From a virus (taxonomy: Duplodnaviria; Caudoviricetes): a stretch of 64,000 bases of DNA. The notes beneath the pieces were generated by a model. The model did no database searches and had not been told where the DNA came from. It saw nothing but the letters and a program-made list of their open reading frames with translations. Position 1 is the first letter of the stretch. Each line of letters opens with the position of its first letter. The stretch lies in IMG/VR virus record IMGVR_UViG_3300037047_000246; one strand, 5' to 3'. The position numbers and the translations under genes are program-made. Below are positions 60,514 to 64,000 of the stretch, piece after piece.

Positions 60514-60813
60514 CTAGACGTCCATCACCTGCCTGACCGCCACCCATTTGCGAAGCTCCGACACGGCGCACCCAAATCTCCCTTTAACTCGCCGACTCCG
60601 GCCGTAGTCGGTCAAGAAAACGAACACTCCGGTATCCGACATATGTCCGAAAAGTCGCGTATGGAATCCTGCGCGCACAGCCACAGCGTACGTCCTTCTC
60701 GGTCTGCCCGAATACGGTTCCATGACGGCCAAGACAATCAGGTCTGCGCCGGCGCCTACCGGGTGGGACCACATGACGGGCGGAATTTGTATCGGCGCTT
60801 TGGCCAGCTTCAT
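60514..60813 (-). CDS. Hypothetical protein ending WVAVRQVMDV
   Basis: ATG at 60813 overlaps the stop of the upstream minus-strand gene. Confidence 0.55.
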   Translation of the reverse strand: MKLAKAPIQIPPVMWSHPVGAGADLIVLAVMEPYSGRPRRTYAVAVRAGFHTRLFGHMSDTGVFVFLTDYGRSRRVKGRFGCAVSELRKWVAVRQVMDV

Positions 60814-60950
60814 TTTTCCATCATTTCCTGCAGCAGATGCTGATCGCACCCGAGCGCTAGCGCACGCGATTGAGTGCGCATCCCGCACACGTGCGTCGCG
60901 ACCTCGCCGCAGACGGCAGCAGTTTCCCGGACAAACGTCCACTGGTGCAT
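60810..60950 (-). CDS. Small Cys protein ending CDQHLLQEMMEK
   Basis: ATG at 60950 within ORF 60810-60995; coupled to the next gene. Confidence 0.45.
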   Translation of the reverse strand: MHQWTFVRETAAVCGEVATHVCGMRTQSRALALGCDQHLLQEMMEK

Positions 60951-60979
60951 AGCCCCGGATACGTCTGCCGAGTCCGAAT

Positions 60980-62824
60980 TTACTCGGTCGTCCATTCAGA
61001 AGCGTCCAGTTCGCCCACGCCAGACTCTGGGCTGCCCAGCACCAGGTCTTCCTCTTTCGCCATTCTGCATTCCTCGTCTGTGATGGACCCGCGCCGAAGC
61101 ATCAGGTCCAGGATCAGGTTGACGTGGTTGCGCTTGGCTTCATGCATTTTGCCTGATGCGCCAAAGTAGGAGGCTCTCGGCCTGGGCAGAATAGACGCCA
61201 GGAACACTGACTGGGCAAGAGACAGTCGAGAAGGGTCTGTGCCGAAGTAGTGATTGGCCGCTTGCCCGATGCCCCAGATATCTGGGCCGAACTCCACGGC
61301 GCTCAGGTACGCTTCCAGTATCCTGTCCTTGGTCATGCGCTGCTCTATCGCCATGACCAGAAAGAACTCTTGGACTTTGCGAGACGCTGTTTTGTCCCTG
61401 CTCAAGAACATGTTTTTGGCCAGCTGCATGGTGATCGTGCTGGCCCCACGAACGAACTTTCTGTCTTTGACATTATCCCGGATGGAGTTTCGCACAGCTT
61501 CCACGTCGATGCCTTTGTGGCCCCAGAATCCGGGGTCTTCTGTGGTCACCACGGCTTTCGCCATGTACGGGGAGACGTCGGCCAAAGACACTTTGGCTGG
61601 CCATCCGGCAGCGGCTGACTTGCCTGTGCGGCGGCCTGTGGAGGAGTAGATCGTGCGCGCAAAAGGTTTGCCGGACAGGGCTGCAGACACTTTGTCCGGC
61701 AGCTCCAGCACCTTGCATTTGTTGACGAGCTCGAAGAAAGCCTCAGGCGTTTTTCCGCTTTGCTCGCTCACTTTCGCCGCGCTTCGCATCTCCCCTCCCA
61801 GGCGCATGCCTACAAGCTCTTGCTTCATCGAGTCCGGCACAGCTTGCAGCACGTCTGAACACGGCGTCCAGCCCATGCTGGCTTCCAGCTTCCAGCTCTC
61901 TGCGTCTCTCGACGCCAGCATTTTCAGCGGCACCTGCCCCGCAGTCACGTCTGCCGACCACGACCAGCGGCGGGCAGACTGCACCAGCATCTCTCCGCTC
62001 ACGCAGGTCTCAGGCAGCGTCACAGAGTCTTCTGCCACGGCCCCGTGCTGGCCTGTGGCAGACTTGAACTGGGCCTGGACCGAGATTCGGGCGCCGCCTT
62101 CGCCGGGCGCCGCCGTCACCGCTGCCTGCGCGCCGGCTACGGACAGACCCCAAGGCAAGTCTGCTCTGGCCGCCGCAGCCGAGAACGACACCGAGCCGCC
62201 TTGAGACTGCACGTCCATCACCTCGAGTTCGTGCAGCCGGATGCTGTGGCCCCGGGCAAACAAAATGACTTCTGGCGACTTGGCTTCAGTCTTCCCTGAG
62301 CCTTTGATCACGCGCATGGAGTGGCTCTTTGCCTGACCCCATTTGGACTGCACGATCAGACCCTCCAGCAGCACTTCGACCGAGGTGTCCAGGTTCGCGG
62401 TCACGCAGTCCGCTTCCACCTTTGTGCCGCTGCCGTCGATATCCTCCCACAGCAGCGGCACATTCTTTATTCGAATGCGCATTGATCGGCCAGACGCCCC
62501 AGCCTCGCTCTTGGCTTTCGGCCACCGGCCGCTCATGGTGATTTTGCCGCCTTCAGCGGTCACCTGCTTCGGGGAGAGCTTGTAGTCGAGTTCGATCAAA
62601 GCGAAGCTCAGCACAACGTGCCGAGCCTTGTCTTTGGACGTCATGTCGAGACCGCTCAGCCGAACCCCGCTTCTGGTCAAGGACACCTGTTGCACGGCGG
62701 CGTCCCATCCCCTGGCCTCGAGCTCGCCAATCAGCGCTCTCTTCGCCAAGACAGGAGCGGACAGGTATGCTGCCGCCCCGAGTGCAAAGACAGACAGGGC
62801 GGCCGCTTTTGCGCGTTTTCGCAT
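60980..62824 (-). CDS. Membrane-anchored peptidoglycan transglycosylase (GT51) without transpeptidase
   Basis: N-terminal TM helix; EDPGFWGHKG; GASTITMQLAKN; RKVQE; KDRILEAYL. Confidence 0.88.
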   Translation of the reverse strand: MRKRAKAAALSVFALGAAAYLSAPVLAKRALIGELEARGWDAAVQQVSLTRSGVRLSGLDMTSKDKARHVVLSFALIELDYKLSPKQVTAEGGKITMSGRWPKAKSEAGASGRSMRIRIKNVPLLWEDIDGSGTKVEADCVTANLDTSVEVLLEGLIVQSKWGQAKSHSMRVIKGSGKTEAKSPEVILFARGHSIRLHELEVMDVQSQGGSVSFSAAAARADLPWGLSVAGAQAAVTAAPGEGGARISVQAQFKSATGQHGAVAEDSVTLPETCVSGEMLVQSARRWSWSADVTAGQVPLKMLASRDAESWKLEASMGWTPCSDVLQAVPDSMKQELVGMRLGGEMRSAAKVSEQSGKTPEAFFELVNKCKVLELPDKVSAALSGKPFARTIYSSTGRRTGKSAAAGWPAKVSLADVSPYMAKAVVTTEDPGFWGHKGIDVEAVRNSIRDNVKDRKFVRGASTITMQLAKNMFLSRDKTASRKVQEFFLVMAIEQRMTKDRILEAYLSAVEFGPDIWGIGQAANHYFGTDPSRLSLAQSVFLASILPRPRASYFGASGKMHEAKRNHVNLILDLMLRRGSITDEECRMAKEEDLVLGSPESGVGELDASEWTTE

Positions 62825-62864
62825 CACAGATCTGACATTTGAGTTTTGATTACTTTCGTGCTGC

Positions 62865-63074
62865 ATGGCAATTAAATTCTTCAACATAGCTGCCCGCGTG
62901 GCGTGCTTGGCGCAGCCGCTGTCCGATCGTCCGGACTACGGTTCAAACACCAACCCGGCTCTGCCCCGCGGCGGCGAATGCGGATGCGGCGGGGAGTGCA
63001 AATGCGGGGGCGGAGAGTGCGAAGGCGGGTGCAAATGCTGCGCCAGCAAGACTTCGAAACCGCTGCCTACTTAA
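62865..63074 (+). CDS. Small protein with N-terminal IAARVA and metallothionein-like Cys/Gly cluster
   Basis: ECGCGGECKCGGGECEGGCKCC. Confidence 0.55.
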   Translation: MAIKFFNIAARVACLAQPLSDRPDYGSNTNPALPRGGECGCGGECKCGGGECEGGCKCCASKTSKPLPT

Positions 63075-63666
63075 TCGTGGCTCTGGCTCTGGCTTTGGCT
63101 CTGGCTCTGGCTCTGGCTGGAATTTCTTCTCGCCATTTCCCGAATAATCCGAGCTTGCTGGCATGATATACCGCCGGTGCTAGGTACACCCATGCATCCC
63201 ATGGCATATCTGATTTGAGAGTGTTGCACCTCCAGCAGCATGGAACTACATTACTTTTCAAGTATCCGATGCTGCTATCCTTTCGATCCAAAGTAATTTC
63301 CGAATCTCTACTTCTACAATAGTAGCACGGGCATCCTAGCAGCATTCGTATATCTGATAATTTCAGGTTGCTTTTTTGCCCCTTGTTTCGTACTTTGTTC
63401 CAGTATCCGCACGCTCTTCTATATGCATCGTCGTGTGCCTTTGCCGTGGCTACATTCTTGACATTCTTCTGACTATCGCATTTTTTACAGGTTGTCCTGA
63501 AAGACACGAAAAGATATTCCATGTGTTTTATGACATGACCACTGAACATGGTTAAGAGTTTTTCAGTTTTGCAAACCACACAAACTCTCTTTTCTGTCTG
63601 CTGTCGCTTTTCTAGATGGACAATGGCCTCACCCATCTTGTTTGACTCAAATTTATTGTTAGTCAT
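63067..63666 (-). CDS. HNH homing endonuclease-like protein
   Basis: CVVC...CKKC; CYYC...LDRKDSSIGY..SNVVPCCWRCNTLK; AT-rich; (RA)n tail. Confidence 0.8.
   Translation of the reverse strand: MTNNKFESNKMGEAIVHLEKRQQTEKRVCVVCKTEKLLTMFSGHVIKHMEYLFVSFRTTCKKCDSQKNVKNVATAKAHDDAYRRACGYWNKVRNKGQKSNLKLSDIRMLLGCPCYYCRSRDSEITLDRKDSSIGYLKSNVVPCCWRCNTLKSDMPWDAWVYLAPAVYHASKLGLFGKWREEIPARARARAKARARATIK
63078..63118. repeat. (TGGCTC)n microsatellite encoding the ARARARAKARARA tail
   Basis: About 6.7 copies, one with a substitution. Confidence 0.85.
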
Positions 63667-63769
63667 GTGCTGGTAACGTCATAAACGTTTTATGGGAAGT
63701 ATTAGCACAATGACCTTGTCACCATTTGTGCAGGTAAAGTCTCATGTGTCAACTGCACAGGAGACTTTC

Positions 63770-64000
63770 ATGGAAATCAAGTGGCAGCGCGGCAAGTTCC
63801 ATACTTTCTTCGCAAAGATGAAGATTCGGATCGGCGGCAAAGACAACACCGTCGATGTGATCCACCAGAACGACGAATTCGAGTACGACGGGTCGATCCT
63901 GAAGTACGCTGGCGCTGAAGTGCCGTCCACACACCTGCGCGGAGCTATCGAGAGCGGATGGGCCAGCCAGGTGCAGTACGACGAGACGCCGGTGGACAGG
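63770..64000 (+). CDS. Hypothetical protein, truncated by the window edge
   Basis: AGGAG RBS; open frame MEIKWQRGKFHTFFAKMKIRIGG... to the end of the window. Confidence 0.6.
   Translation, partial: MEIKWQRGKFHTFFAKMKIRIGGKDNTVDVIHQNDEFEYDGSILKYAGAEVPSTHLRGAIESGWASQVQYDETPVDR

Overview
This 64 kb window is part of a GC-rich huge (jumbo) tailed dsDNA phage genome, most like the Biggiephage type because it carries CRISPR-CasPhi. Positions 1-16 kb are a replication/recombination module: NAD-ligase C-terminal half, RecD2 helicase, SbcD, a split SbcC half, Cas4-like nuclease, beta-clamp-like protein, TOPRIM primase, DnaX, NusG-like factor and 5'-3' exonuclease. A tandem sigma-region-4 regulator follows, then a minimal type V CRISPR locus (leader, 12 x 36-nt repeats with 11 spacers, cas12j/CasPhi; no cas1/cas2). 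Positions 22.8-49.4 kb are a head morphogenesis module with five inteins: terminase large subunit (2), portal (1), prohead protease (2), plus scaffold and major capsid protein. The right-hand accessory region encodes an HNH-DNA methyltransferase fusion, a VWA protein, a PTH2-like hydrolase, a tRNA with a UUA (ochre suppressor) anticodon, a 2H phosphoesterase, a SET-domain methyltransferase, Vsr, a peptidoglycan transglycosylase and a metallothionein-like peptide. Three patterns not captured by gene labels stand out: seven small proteins share a C-terminal C...[VIL]xx[VIM][MQ][ED]x tag; a TTnAT-like hexamer sits 14 nt before many starts that lack a Shine-Dalgarno site; and many of those genes' products share a short helical IA-x-[RK]-[VL] tag. 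All functional calls come from motif recognition by eye; no database searches were run.
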